The translations under genes and the position numbers were made by a program. Positions 48,909 to 59,924 of a stretch of 64,000 bases of DNA are shown piece after piece; the stretch's first letter is position 1, and each line of letters starts with the position of its first letter. Where the stretch lies: the NCBI RefSeq assembly GCF_963921235.1, contig NC_086097.1:42100001-42164000 (forward strand), given 5' to 3'. The notes beneath the pieces were generated by a model. The model made no database searches. It saw only the letters and a program-made list of their open reading frames with translations, and was not told the origin of the DNA. Origin of the DNA: Mobula hypostoma (taxonomy: Eukaryota).

Positions 48909-50440
48909 AACATACATAAAATGCTGGAGCAATTCAGCAAGTCAGGCCGCATCTATGGAAATGAATGAACAGTTGGCATTTCAGTCTGAGGCACTTCGTC
49001 AGGACTGGAAAGAAAGGGGGAAGGGGAAGGAGGTCAAGCTAGAAGGTGATAGGTGAAGCCAGGTGGGTGGGAAAGGTAAAGGGCTGGAGAAGAAGGAATC
49101 TGATAGGCAAGGTGAGTGGACCATAGGAGAAAGGGAAGAAGAAAGGACAACGGGGGGAAGAGATAGACAGGTGAGGAGAAGGCACAAGTGGCCAAAGCAG
49201 TAAATAGAAGAAGAAGGAAGAGGGAGGGGGGATAAATTACTGAAGAAATCAATGTTCATGTGATCAGGTTGGAGGATAACTAGACAGAGTATGAGATATT
49301 GTTCCTCCAACCTCAGAGTGGCCTCATTCATGGCAGAAGAGCAGGCCATGGACCAACACGCTGAAACAGGAGTGGGAAAAGGAATTACAATGGTTGGCCA
49401 CCAGGAAATTACTGCTTTTGGCGGATAGAGTGAAGGTGTTCACCAAAGTGGGGCCCCAATTTTACGTAGGCTTTCACCAATGCAGAGGAGGATGCATTGG
49501 GAGCACTGGATACAATGGACAACCCCAACCAATTTGGAGGTGAAGTGTTGCCTCATGTGGACAGACTGTTTGGGGCCCTCAATGGAGCTGAGGGAGAAGT
49601 GGGCAGGAGTAGCATTTCTGCTGTTTGCAGGATAATGTGCAAGGAGGGAGATGAGTGGGGGGCTGGAGCGATTGGACAAGGCAATCAGAGGGAGTGATCC
49701 CTGTGGAAAGCGGAGAATGGAGTGGGGTAGGGAAGTAAAGAGTTGTTTGGTGGTAGGATGCCATTGAAGATGGCAGAGGTTACAGAGAATGATGTGATGG
49801 ATGCAAATGCTGATGTGGTGGTAAGTGAGGACAAACTATCCCTGTTTAGGCAGCAGAAAGATGATGTGAGCGCAGATGTCTGGGAAATGATGGGGCTGAG
49901 GGCAGCATCAATAGTGGAGGAAGGTAAACTGTTCTTTGAAGGAGGAGGACATCTCTGATGACCTGGTGAGGAAAGCTAGGGAACAGCTGAGACAGAGGTG
50001 AAGGGACTGAGAAAGGGAATAACATTTTTACAGGACACAGGGTGGGAGGCAGTATAGTCAAAAAAAGCTGTGGAAATCAGTGGGTTTATAAAATATGTCA
50101 GTAGACAGTTTGTCTCCAGAGATAGAGACAGAGAGAGGTTGAGAGAGAATTGTCAGAAATGTACTAAGGGATTTTAAGGATAGGGTGGAAGTTGGAGGTA
50201 AAGCTGTAGAAATTGATGAGTTCAGCATGGGTGCATGAAGCAACACCAATGCAGTTGTTAACACAGTGCAGCAAGAATTGGGGAGCATTGCCAGGGAAGG
50301 CTTGGAACATGCACAGTTCTGCATAGCCAACAAAAAGGCAGGCAGAATTAGGGCCCATGCGGGTGCCCATGGCTACCCCTTGAGTTTGAAGAAAGTGGGC
50401 GGAGCTATAGGAGAAATTGTTGAGGGTGTGGACCAGTTCT
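48909..50440 (-). mobile_element. Older Penelope-like element (RT 3' half, GIY-YIG, terminus) inserted in the chromovirus integrase
   Basis: HFLQTQGVAMGTRMGP, YKPTDFHS, CIQCSQCILLCIGE, ATLRLEEQYLI; degenerate hammerhead at 48970-49007. Confidence 0.88.
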
Positions 50441-53400
50441 TCCATGTAGAATGATTAGAGGCAGCGAAGCATCACAGAAACCTTCACTTACCGATTGGCT
50501 CTTTCTGACAGACCACTGGTCTGCGATGTTTGCCAAAGGATAATGTCACCACTGAGGTGCAAAGGAGGGGGCAGAAGGCTCATCTGAAGTGGGAGATGAA
50601 TTGTGGGCTCCCCCTCCAACACAATGTCTTGAGGGAAGCTGTGGAGGCAAACTACATGATGGAGAACCAGGTCTGCTGTCTCAGTGGCTGAGAAGTTTGG
50701 GGAAAGCAATGAAGTGGGATGCCTTGGGGAACTGATCCACCACTGCCATGTTCACCATGGCTCTGTCGAAGGTGGTGACCCTGTGATGAAATCCATGGAG
50801 ATTTGTGACCAATAGTGGCCACAGGAGCCCAGAGAACTGCTGGTTGGAGGAATTGGACTGGGCACATTGAAGGCACGGAGCGACAAACTGACATACATCT
50901 ACAATCATGGTGGGCCACCAGAACCGGTGTTTCACAAAATTCAGACACCTGAATACCTGGAGAAGGGTGAGGAGTAGGCCCCTGGAATTCCTCAGAGAAC
51001 TCGGCCACCAGCCCATATATACATTGTCAGGTGTGTGGGCCAGAACAGGCTTGTGCTGTAGGGCCTGGCCAATCTGGTTCTCAAGGTGCTGGACATTCGG
51101 AGTGAGGATCTGCAAGGATGGAATGATGAGCTGAGTGTCGGTCTCCATTTCCACTGTGTTGAACTGTTGTGAAAGGGCATCTGCCTTAGTGCTCTTGGAG
51201 CTGGGTCAGTAGGAGATGCTGAAGATGAATTACTTGAAGAGGGCCCAGCAAGCCTTACGTGGGTTGAGGTGACTGGTCAGTTGAATGGATATGAGGTTCT
51301 GGTGGTCAGTCCAGACCAGGAAAGGCTTGGTGGGTCCCATCAGCCAACATCTCCATTCCTCCAAGCTCCATTTAATGGTGAGTAGCTCCCCGTCTCCTAT
51401 TCCATAACAGCACTGTGTAGAGTTGAACTCGTCTGAAAAGAAGGCACAAGAGTGTGTCCTCCCATCCAGTCTTCGCTGGGAGGGGATGGCCTGGACACCA
51501 ATGTCAGATGCATCTACCTCTGCCACAAAAGCTCTGGAGGCGTCTGAATGGTGGAAAATGGGAGTGGTGGTGAAGCATCACCTGAGCTCCTCAAAAACGT
51601 GGTCCATGGCAGCAGAGCAGGTTATCCATGAGGCAGGTGACTTGGTGAGGGAGGTCCGAGGAGCAGCAAATTGGCTGTATTTACTGAAGAAATGGCAGTA
51701 GAAGTTGCAGGAGCTCAAGAAGTGCTGTTTGAGGGAGCGCAGTCAGGGCCATTCAACAACAGTGCACACTTTCTCTGGGTCCATGGTTATGCCTTGGTGT
51801 GAAAGGTCGTAACTCAGGAAGGAAATGACCAGGTGTGGAACTGCCATTTGTCTAATTTGCAGTAAAGTTGATTTTTAAGGAGACACCGAAATGAATGCAT
51901 GGACATGGCCCCGGTCGTCCTTGGAGAAGATGAGGATGTCGTTGAGGTACAAAGTAGATGAACATATACTTGTGTAGCATGTCTAGGAGGATCGCATTGA
52001 TGCAGGCTTGGAAAATGCCTGGACTCATCCCCTTGGTGGATGTGGATCAACTCTGTAGATCCAGTTTGGTGAAGATCTGGGCTTTGGGGAGTGTTTTGAA
52101 TACACCATCTATCAAGGGAAGAGGAAAGTGGTTGTTAATGGTGATTTTGTTGAGTCCAGAATAATCAATGCTGGAATGGAGACCCTATCTTTTCTTTTGC
52201 CAGAAAAAGAATCCTGCACCAGCGGGGATGGGTGAATGAAGCCATGCTGTGGCACTTTGGCAACGTAGTCATTCATGGCTTGGGTCTCAGGAGGCACAAG
52301 GGAGAACAGACAACCTTGGGGATGGGTGGTGCCCAGGAGGAGGTCGATGGTGCAGACATGCAGTCTGTGAGGCGGCAGGGTGCTGGTTTCCATTTTACTG
52401 AAGGCAATGGATAAGTTGCGGTGTTCCTGTGGGAGTTTGGTACATTGAAGGTTTCTTCTGTCTCCACGGATTCACAAGGTTCTGAGTATGCATGCAGGTG
52501 GTCTGACAGGTGGGTCGCCAACTTACCAGTGAGCCTGACCAAGCGAAGTGAGGGTCATGAGTGGAAGGCACGGGATATCCCAAGATGAGAGGAGTGTTGG
52601 GTGAGTCAATCAGGAGGAAATGGATGGATTCACGGTGCTCTCTGATGCTCATGTGCGCAGGCTGTGTGTATGTTCTGACCAACCCAGGTCCAAAGAGATA
52701 TCCATTAATGGCTGTGATACAGAGGGGGTGAGAGATGGGCTAGGTAGGGAATCCAATTTTCACACAGTGTCTGGTTTAGAAAGTTGACTGCTGTACTGGA
52801 ATCCACCAGGGGCTCTTGTGTGCATAGAGTCATCACAGTGTGGAGGAGGACAGCGAGATTGAGAAGGCTATGTTCCTGAAATGAGGGGGCCATGGGAGCT
52901 TACCAGAGAAAGTGCCCTCATCTCCACCTGACAGTGCCATTTTCCGGATGTGTGGGTGATCAGCTGCTCTGCTGTAAGCACAGTTGTTTTTCTATCGACA
53001 TTCTCGCTCTTGGAAGGTTAAGGAGCTCTCCCTAACTGCTGGATCCTGGTGGCATGGGTGGTGAGGGCCCAGCAGCCAGAACTGCTCTGGGATCAGAACC
53101 GGGGGTCTGGCTGATGACCTAGAGCATCATTCAATAAGATGCTTGTCAATTCAGAGGGCCAGAGTGACAAGGCTTTCACGATCAATGGTCATCTGCCAGG
53201 TAGGCAGCTCATCTTTCAATCACTCCAAGAGACTGTGGTGGCAACAGGCCAGCAGTACTTCTGCATTCCAGTTGCACCCCACAGCAAGGGTCCCAAATTC
53301 CACAGTGTAGCCCAGCACAGAATATGAGCTGGTCCCAGTCTGTGGTGGCCAGCTCGGAACTCGCCTGGTCACGGGAATGATGAAGTCAATCTTGGCTCGT

Positions 53401-53683
53401 CCATAAAATACAGAGATGGCTGGAGCTTGAAATGCAAGATACACTGCAACAGAAAGTTGTGGCATTGGGTTGGGGATCTGTCGAAGTGTTTGTGCACCGG
53501 AATCCACAGCTTCGAGGGAGGAGGTTGACTGGTGCAGGTTGGTGTATCAAGACGGAGAGTTGGTTGAGAATGACAAGCAGATGGTCAATAGTTTCCTACT
53601 GCTTCCGGATCATCTGCTTATGGTGACGGACACTTCCTTTGGGCAAGTAATATCTGCTGGGTCAAACACTGGTTCACCCATCC

Positions 53684-53982
53684 TGTCAAGAAATGAAGAG
53701 GAAATCTGAACCAAAAGCAGAGCAGTGGAGATGATTAAGCAGTAAACAATACCTTACTAATAAACTGCAAAATAACAAGACACAAGGGGCCACAAAGCAA
53801 GAAAGAACAGATACTAAGCACTACGGGCAACTGGTTGAGGCTGACAAGTTCGATGGGTGAACAAGGAGTGGGCATGAGAGCTGGGTTTAAATAGGATACA
53901 GGTAATTATTTGGAAAGGAACAGCAAGTTACTCCTGTCAGCTGGATGGAGACTGGGAGGTGCCTGCTTGTGCAGGCCTGATA
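53684..53982 (-). repeat. 5' LTR of the chromovirus element
   Basis: Direct repeat of 47971-48294. Confidence 0.85.
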
Positions 53983-55059
53983 AGAACAAAAGGCAAAGGA
54001 CTCCCACTTCTCTGATCTTATCTTGAAACCATCCACCTCTCCAAATCTGCAACATGTTCCCTGACTCCTTGTCTTCAGCCTTTACTTTTAGTCTATAATG
54101 AGCCTTTTGAAAATAGTGAAACATTGAGATCTAATGCAGCACCATAGTCTACTTTTTCTGTTATCCCCTTATAATATTCAATAAGGTTGAACATTATTTT
54201 GCTTTGTGAAATCCACACCATCTATTAAGCATTATATTTTTCATTATTCTCTCCTTTAAAAAAATCCCATTATTCTTTTCTTGCAACTGATTTTACTGCA
54301 TGAAGACTTAATTTTCTGTGGATTGTTTTAGTGTATCACTACATTGCCCAATTAATTTTCTATTTTATGTATATAATAGTTGGAAAAACTGTATAATGCC
54401 AATGTAATATGTATTAACCACCCCTTCATGGAAGATGAAGATACAAAAACATTTTCAGAAGTTCTTGTGACTATATTTCTAATCTGATAAAACTATTGTT
54501 ATTAAAGTGTAATAAAGGTGGATATAGGTCATTAAAAAATGCAGATGAGACAATAATGAATAATAAGGAAATAGAAATTGTTTTAGGAACACTGCATCCA
54601 TTTCCACTGTGATAGAAGTGGTCAAAATACCAAAGATGTAGAGGAATTGATAGTTATTAAATATTAGAAGTTATGGATTTTAATTAATTAAATAATCCTT
54701 TGTTAGCCAGAAAGAGCTACAATTTACCAATCAGTGAACTAAAATCAGTTAAGGACAGTAGAAGTAGACAAATCTAATTGTCTTTGTTCTTGCCAAGAGT
54801 GAAGGAATAGAGGCTGCCATTTTGTGAAGTTGCTCTGTAGCCTCCATTTTGTGAGCTGCCTTGTAAACTGATTTCGCGCTGGAGTAGCTGTTTTAAAGTG
54901 GACACATTGATGCTGCTGATAGTCTGTATAATTAGAGATTATTTTTGAATAAGTTATTTGTTAGGTGTTCTTTGGTACAAACGGACATAGGGAGTCTGTG
55001 ACACACATAAAAGTTGCTGGTGAACGCAGCAGGCCAGGCAGCATCTCTAGGAAGAGGTG

Positions 55060-55101
55060 CAGTCGACATTTCAGGCGGAGTCCCTTCGTCAGGACTAACT
55101 G
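55060..55101 (-). ncRNA. Hammerhead ribozyme motif (slightly mutated)
   Basis: Minus: CAGTTAGTC-CTGACGA-AGGGACTCCGCCT-GAAAT-GTC-GACTG. Confidence 0.65.
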
Positions 55102-55393
55102 AAGGAAGAGTGAGTAAGGGATTTGAAAGTTGGGGGGGGAGGGGGAGATCCAAAATGATAGGAGAAGACAGGAGGGGGAGGGATGGAGCCAGGAGCTGGA
55201 CAGGTGATAGGCAAAAGGGATATGAGAGGATCATGGGACAGGAGGTCCGGGAAGAAAGACAAGGGGGGAGGGGGGGACCCAGAGAATGGGCAAGGGGTAT
55301 ATTCAGAGGGACAGAGGGAGAAAAAGGAGAGTGAGAGAAAGAATGTGTGTATAAAAATAAGTAACAGATGGGGTACGAGGGGAAGGTGGGGCA

Positions 55394-57976
55394 TTAGTGG
55401 AAGTTAGAGAAGTCGATGTTCATACCATCAGGTTGGAGGCTACCCAGACGGAATATAAGGTGTTGTTCCTCCAACCTGAGTGTGGCTTCATCTTTACAGT
55501 AGAGGAGGCCGTGGATAGACATGTCAGAATGGGAATAGGATGTGGAATTAAAATGTGTGGCCACTGGGAGATCCTGCTTTCTCTGGCGGACAGAGCGTAG
55601 GTGTTCAGCAAAGCGGTCTCCCAGTCTGCGTCGGGTCTCGCCAATATATAAAAGGCCACATCGGGAGCATCGGATGCAGTATATCACCCCAGCTGACTCA
55701 CAGGTGAAGTGTTGCCTCACCTGGAAGGACTGTTTGGGGCCCTGAATGGTGGTAAGGGAGGAAGTGTAAGGGCATGTGTAGCACTTGTTCCGCTTACACG
55801 GATAAGTGCCAGGAGGGAGATCAGTGGGGAGGGATGGGGGGTACGAATGGACAAGGGAGTCACGTAGGGAGCGATCCCTGCGGAATGCAGAGAGAGGGGT
55901 GGAGGGAAAGATGTGCTTAGTGGTGGGATCCCGTTGGAGGTGGCGGAATTTACGGAGAATAATATGTTGGACCCGGAGGCTGGTGGGGTGGTAGGTGAGG
56001 ACCAGGGGAACCCTATTCCTAGTGGGGTGGCGGGAGGATGGAGTGAGAGCAGATGTACATGAAATGGGGGAGATGCGTTTAAGAGCAGAGTTGATAGTGG
56101 AGGAAGGGAAGCCCCTTTCTTCAAAAAAGGAAGACATCTCCCTCGTCCTAGAATGAAAAGCCTCATCCTGAGAGCAGATGCGGCGGAGACGGAGGAATTG
56201 CGAGAAGGGGATGGCGTTTTTGCAAGAGACGGGGTGAGAAGAGGAATAGTCCAGATAGCTGTGAGAGTCAGTAGGTTTATAGTAGACATCAGTGGATAAG
56301 CTGTCTCCAGAGACAGAGACAGAAAGATCTGGAAAGGGGAGGGAGGTGTCGGAAATGGACCAGGTAAACTTGAGGGCAGGGTGAAAGTTGGAGGCAAAGT
56401 TAATAAAGTCAACGAGCTCTGCATGCGTGCAGGAAGCAGCGCCAATGCAGTCGTCGATGTAGCGAAGGAAAAGTGGGGGACAGATACAAGAATAGGCACG
56501 GAACATAGATTGTTCCACAAAGCCAACAAAAAGGCAGGCATAGCTAGGACCCATATGGGTGCCCATAGCTACACCTTTAGTTTGGAGGAAGTGGGAGGAG
56601 CCAAAGGAGAAATTATTAAGAGTAAGGACTAATTCCGCTAGACGGAGCAGAGTGGTGGTAGAGGGGAACTGATTAGGTCTGGAATCCAAAAAGAAGCGTA
56701 GAGCTTTGAGACCTTCCTGATGGGGGATGGAAGTATACAGGGACTGGACATCCACGGTGAAAATCAAGCGGTGGGGGCCAGGGAACTTAAAATCATCGAA
56801 AAGTTTAAGAGCGTGAGAAGTGTCACGAACATAGGTAGGAACGGATTGAATAAGGGGGGATAAAATCGTGTCGAGGTATGCAGAAACGAGTTCGGTGGGG
56901 CAGGAGCAAGCTGAGACAATAGGTCGGCCAGGACAGGCAGGTTTGTGGATCTTGAGTAGGAGGTAGAAACGGGAAGTGCGAGGTGTGTGAACTATAAGGC
57001 TGGTAGCAGTGGATGGGAGATCCCCTGAGCGGATAAAGTCGGTGATGGTGTGGGAGACAATGGCCTGGTGCCCCTTAGTGGGGTCACGATCGAGGGGTAA
57101 ATAAGAGGAGGTATCTGCGAGTTGTCGCTGTGCCTCAGCAAGGTAGAGGTCAGTACGCCAGACTACAACAGCACCCCCCCCCCTTATTGGCGGGTTTAAT
57201 AATAAGGTTAGGATTAGTGCAGAGGGAGTGGAGAGCAGAGCGTTCCGAAGGAGTGAGGTTGGAATGGGGACAAGGTGCGGTGAAGTCGAGACGATGAATG
57301 TCCCGTCGGCAGTTAGCAATAAAGAGATCCAGAGCAGGCAGAAGACCAGAGCGGGGTGTCCATGAAGAAGAGGAGGGTTGAAGACGGAGAAGGGGTCATC
57401 AGTGGGAGTGGAAGAGTCCTTGCCGAAGAAGTAGGCTCGGAGACGGAGACGGCGGAAGAAAAGTTCCGCATCATGGCGAACACGGAACTCGCTGAGGTGT
57501 GGGCAAAGGGGGACAAAGGTGAGGCCCTTACTGAGGACAGAGCGTTCTGCCTCCAACAGTTGAAGGTCGGAGGGGATGGTAAAGACCCGGCATGGATGAG
57601 AGCTGGGATCAGAGGGGGGAGCGGGGAGGCTAGGGGTGTCAATGGAGAGGGGAAGGTTGGGGTGAGAGGAAGATGGAGCCTCTGAGGACCCAGGAGCTGA
57701 CGATGGGATCTGAGGGAGACGGGATTGCAGAGTATTGGTGGGGGAATGGGAGACGGGAGTCACAATAGCAGCACATAAAGACCCAGCCTGGAGTTCAAGG
57801 CTGGAATCTTGAGAGCTCGGATCAGAGGGGGGAGAGGGGAGGCTGGGGGTGTCAATGGAGAGGGGAGGGTTGGGGTGAGAGGAAGATGGAGCCTCTGAGG
57901 GCCCAGGAGCTGACGGTGGGATCTGAGGGAGATGGAGTTGCAGAGTGATGCTGGGGGAAGGGGAAACGGGAGTCAC
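55394..57976 (-). CDS. Penelope reverse transcriptase + GIY-YIG endonuclease (860-aa open frame, 5'-truncated, with an out-of-frame internal segment)
   Basis: KIHK..PGRPIVS, DVQSLYTSIP, QTKGVAMG, RYIDD, YYKPTDSHSYL, CKRNKCYTC, VIYCIRC..YIGET..RFAEH. Confidence 0.88.
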   Translation of the reverse strand: MTPVSPSPSITLQLHLPQIPPSAPGPSEAPSSSHPNPPLSIDTPSLPSPPSDPSSQDSSLELQAGSLCAAIVTPVSHSPTNTLQSRLPQIPSSAPGSSEAPSSSHPNLPLSIDTPSLPAPPSDPSSHPCRVFTIPSDLQLLEAERSVLSKGLTFVPLCPHLSEFRVRHDAELFFRRLRLRAYFFGKDSSTPTDDPFSVFNPPLLHGHPALVFCLLWISLLLTADGTFIVSTSPHLVPIPTSLLRNALLSTPSALILTLLLNPPIRGGGAVVVWRTDLYLAEAQRQLADTSSYLPLDRDPTKGHQAIVSHTITDFIRSGDLPSTATSLIVHTPRTSRFYLLLKIHKPACPGRPIVSACSCPTELVSAYLDTILSPLIQSVPTYVRDTSHALKLFDDFKFPGPHRLIFTVDVQSLYTSIPHQEGLKALRFFLDSRPNQFPSTTTLLRLAELVLTLNNFSFGSSHFLQTKGVAMGTHMGPSYACLFVGFVEQSMFRAYSCICPPLFLRYIDDCIGAASCTHAELVDFINFASNFHPALKFTWSISDTSLPFPDLSVSVSGDSLSTDVYYKPTDSHSYLDYSSSHPVSCKNAIPFSQFLRLRRICSQDEAFHSRTREMSSFFEERGFPSSTINSALKRISPISCTSALTPSSRHPTRNRVPLVLTYHPTSLRVQHIILRKFRHLQRDPTTKHIFPSTPLSAFRRDRSLRDSLVHSYPPSLPTDLPPGTYPCKRNKCYTCPYTSSLTTIQGPKQSFQVRQHFTCESAGVIYCIRCSRCGLLYIGETRRRLGDRFAEHLRSVRQRKQDLPVATHFNSTSYSHSDMSIHGLLYCKDEATLRLEEQHLIFRLGSLQPDGMNIDFSNFH

Positions 57977-58020
57977 AATAGCAGCACATAAAGACCCGGC
58001 CTGGAGTTCAAGGCTGGAGT
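57598..58020. repeat. Two tandem copies of a 213-bp (71-codon) Pro/Ser-rich unit
   Basis: GAGAGCT.GGATCAGAGGGGGG at 57598 and 57811; GGGAGTCACAATAGCAGCACATAAAGACCC at 57755 and 57968. Confidence 0.9.
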
Positions 58021-58153
58021 GGGAGTCTGTGTATGACCTGAGTAACTTGAGCCTAGTAACTGGCTAGACTGGTCTGATTTAGAACAAAGATATATTAATT
58101 ACAATTTGTCACTTACAAGAAGGGCAATAAAGTGATGCTGGCTTGGATCAGAG

Positions 58154-58241
58154 CCAATGGGAAGCTCACACATACTAGCCAGATAGGCCAGAGCCAATGA
58201 GATTGAAACACAACATTTGAGCTGATAAGCAGTGTATAAAA
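58154..58241 (+). promoter_or_regulatory. LTR promoter: two CCAAT boxes and a TATA box
   Basis: CCAAT at 58154 and 58194, TATAAAA at 58235, AATAAA at 58451; same layout in the 3' LTR (CCAAT 61579, TATA 61660, AATAAA 61887). Confidence 0.65.
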
Positions 58242-59234
58242 GTGAGCGTCTTTGAATGCAAAGAAGCAACAGCTCCAAAGATCAACTATCGCAGGTCTGG
58301 ATGACCCCACGGCAGATGCCTGGCTAGCGTAAACTTTTTTTCCAGGTATCACCTTTTCAATTCTTTGGCTGTCCTTGGAGGAGCAGAGAAACCTATTAGG
58401 AGTGTACACATCTAGTCAGTTTGTGAATTCACATACTTCTTAGTTGAGATAATAAAGGTACTTGCAAGTAAATACAGATACTGTCTGTCCCTAATTGATT
58501 ATTATCACTAATAGGTAATCCCTGTAACAGAATTGGTATCCATTGGTGGGCTAGAGGATAAATCTCTCCAATGAGTCTGAGGGAGACTTGAGTTGGACCA
58601 TGTGGGTGAGGTATGAAGAGATCTGTGGATGGGTAGTTACTACTGACCCAGGATGAAAAATTCAAAGAATTCTGCAAGTCCAGAGGACTTGGATTGTTTT
58701 GATTCTTCCAGAAATACGTATTGGGGAAGTGGCCACAATATGAAGGGTTCACCAATCAGAGTGAAGGGAAAACTGTTGGGAAGCTCTTTGGACGATTGCC
58801 CAAGGGAAACTTAAACAATTACAAAAGCCAATATTATAGTTGGCTGTTTAATTGAGGATTTGGTAGAATGTCAGCGAGAAACTGACGTAGAGGATGACAA
58901 ACTCATAGAGGAAATCAAAAGGCTTCAGGGGGTAATACACCTTAAGGAAAAGGTTACTGGGGCAGAGAAATATAGATCTGATGCATATGAACCAGTTTCA
59001 GCTGACTTCTGAAAAAAGAAAAGAGGAAACAAGAAGTTGTTGCTAAGAATGAAGTGGAGAGCTTGAAGAAACAGTTCAGTGATCTAAAGATGGCTATGAA
59101 TGTGATATAGAAATCAGTACTCGAAAAGAACAGTAATACTGGAGATCATTCAAAGTGTTTAAAGCAGATACAAAAGCTGCAGAGCCGACTTGCTGCTCAG
59201 AGAGAAATAACATGAATAATAATAGGAATGGGAT

Positions 59235-59772
59235 GGTGCTGCTGCTGGAGACCTCATTAAGACTGAGAAAGTAGAACATCACTCCAGTTCTCAGATCTCT
59301 ACACTGGCTTGCTGTCCATCAGAGGATTGACTTTAAAGTATTACTACTGGTTTATAAAGCACTGAATGTTCTAGGGCCAAAATACATCTCCAATCTCTTG
59401 CTGCATTAGGAACCTTCCCGAGCTCTCAGGTCGTCTGGGGCAGGTCTGCTTACCGTCCCCAGGGTCAAAATTAAACATGATGAAGCAGCTTTTAGTTACT
59501 ATGCTCCACATATCGGGAATAACCTTCCAGATAATCTGAAGTCTGCCCCAATTTAAAGCTCTTTTAAATTGAGGCTTAAAAGTTTGCTTTTTCTGCAGAT
59601 TTTAATAAGGATCTCCTGCACTGTATCTTGTATTTCTTTATTTTTATGTGATTTGATTCTCAATATTGTCTGAAATTTGATGTTTGATTTTTATATCTTG
59701 TTTTGTGTAAAGCACTTTGAACGGCCTTGTGTTTGAAAAGTGCTATACAAATAAACTTGTCTTGCCTTGCCT
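59235..59772 (+). mobile_element. L2 LINE 3' fragment
   Basis: HITPVLRSLHWLAVHQRIDFKVLLLVYKALN; tail GCACTTTGAA..AAGTGCTATACAAATAAA followed by (CTTGC)n. Confidence 0.88.
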
Positions 59773-59924
59773 AGTGAGTGATTCATGACTCTTGGGATAA
59801 ATTATGAAATTGGAGATCAAATGTTCAGATATGTCTGTCAGTGAGGATAGTACTGCATGCTGCTTCAATACTAGCTTTATGTACATTGATAATTGTATTA
59901 TTTAATGTAGATCAACTAAGAACT

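Larger units (their letters stand above)
47971..53982 (-). mobile_element. Chromovirus-type (sushi/Tf1-like) Gypsy LTR retrotransposon, full-length but decayed
   Basis: LTRs at 47971-48294 and 53684-53982; LPPHR, KLDKWQFH, RNase H EVDASDIGV..YGIGDGELLTIKWSLEEWRCWL..WTDHQNL, integrase FWWP..CLQCAQ, C-terminal chromodomain (QYLANSQGYGPDEKPWVP). Confidence 0.9.
55001..58020 (-). mobile_element. Near-complete Penelope-like element (Neptune type)
   Basis: Perfect 11-bp TSD GGGAGTCTGTG (54990-55000, 58021-58031); splits the 5' LTR; long RT+GIY-YIG ORF; hammerhead terminus. Confidence 0.95.

Noticed and set aside
55717..56541. 274-aa alternative-frame ORF, and similar antisense ORFs over Penelope, CR1 and Rex1
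   Set aside because: Shadow frames of GC-rich transposon coding sequence.
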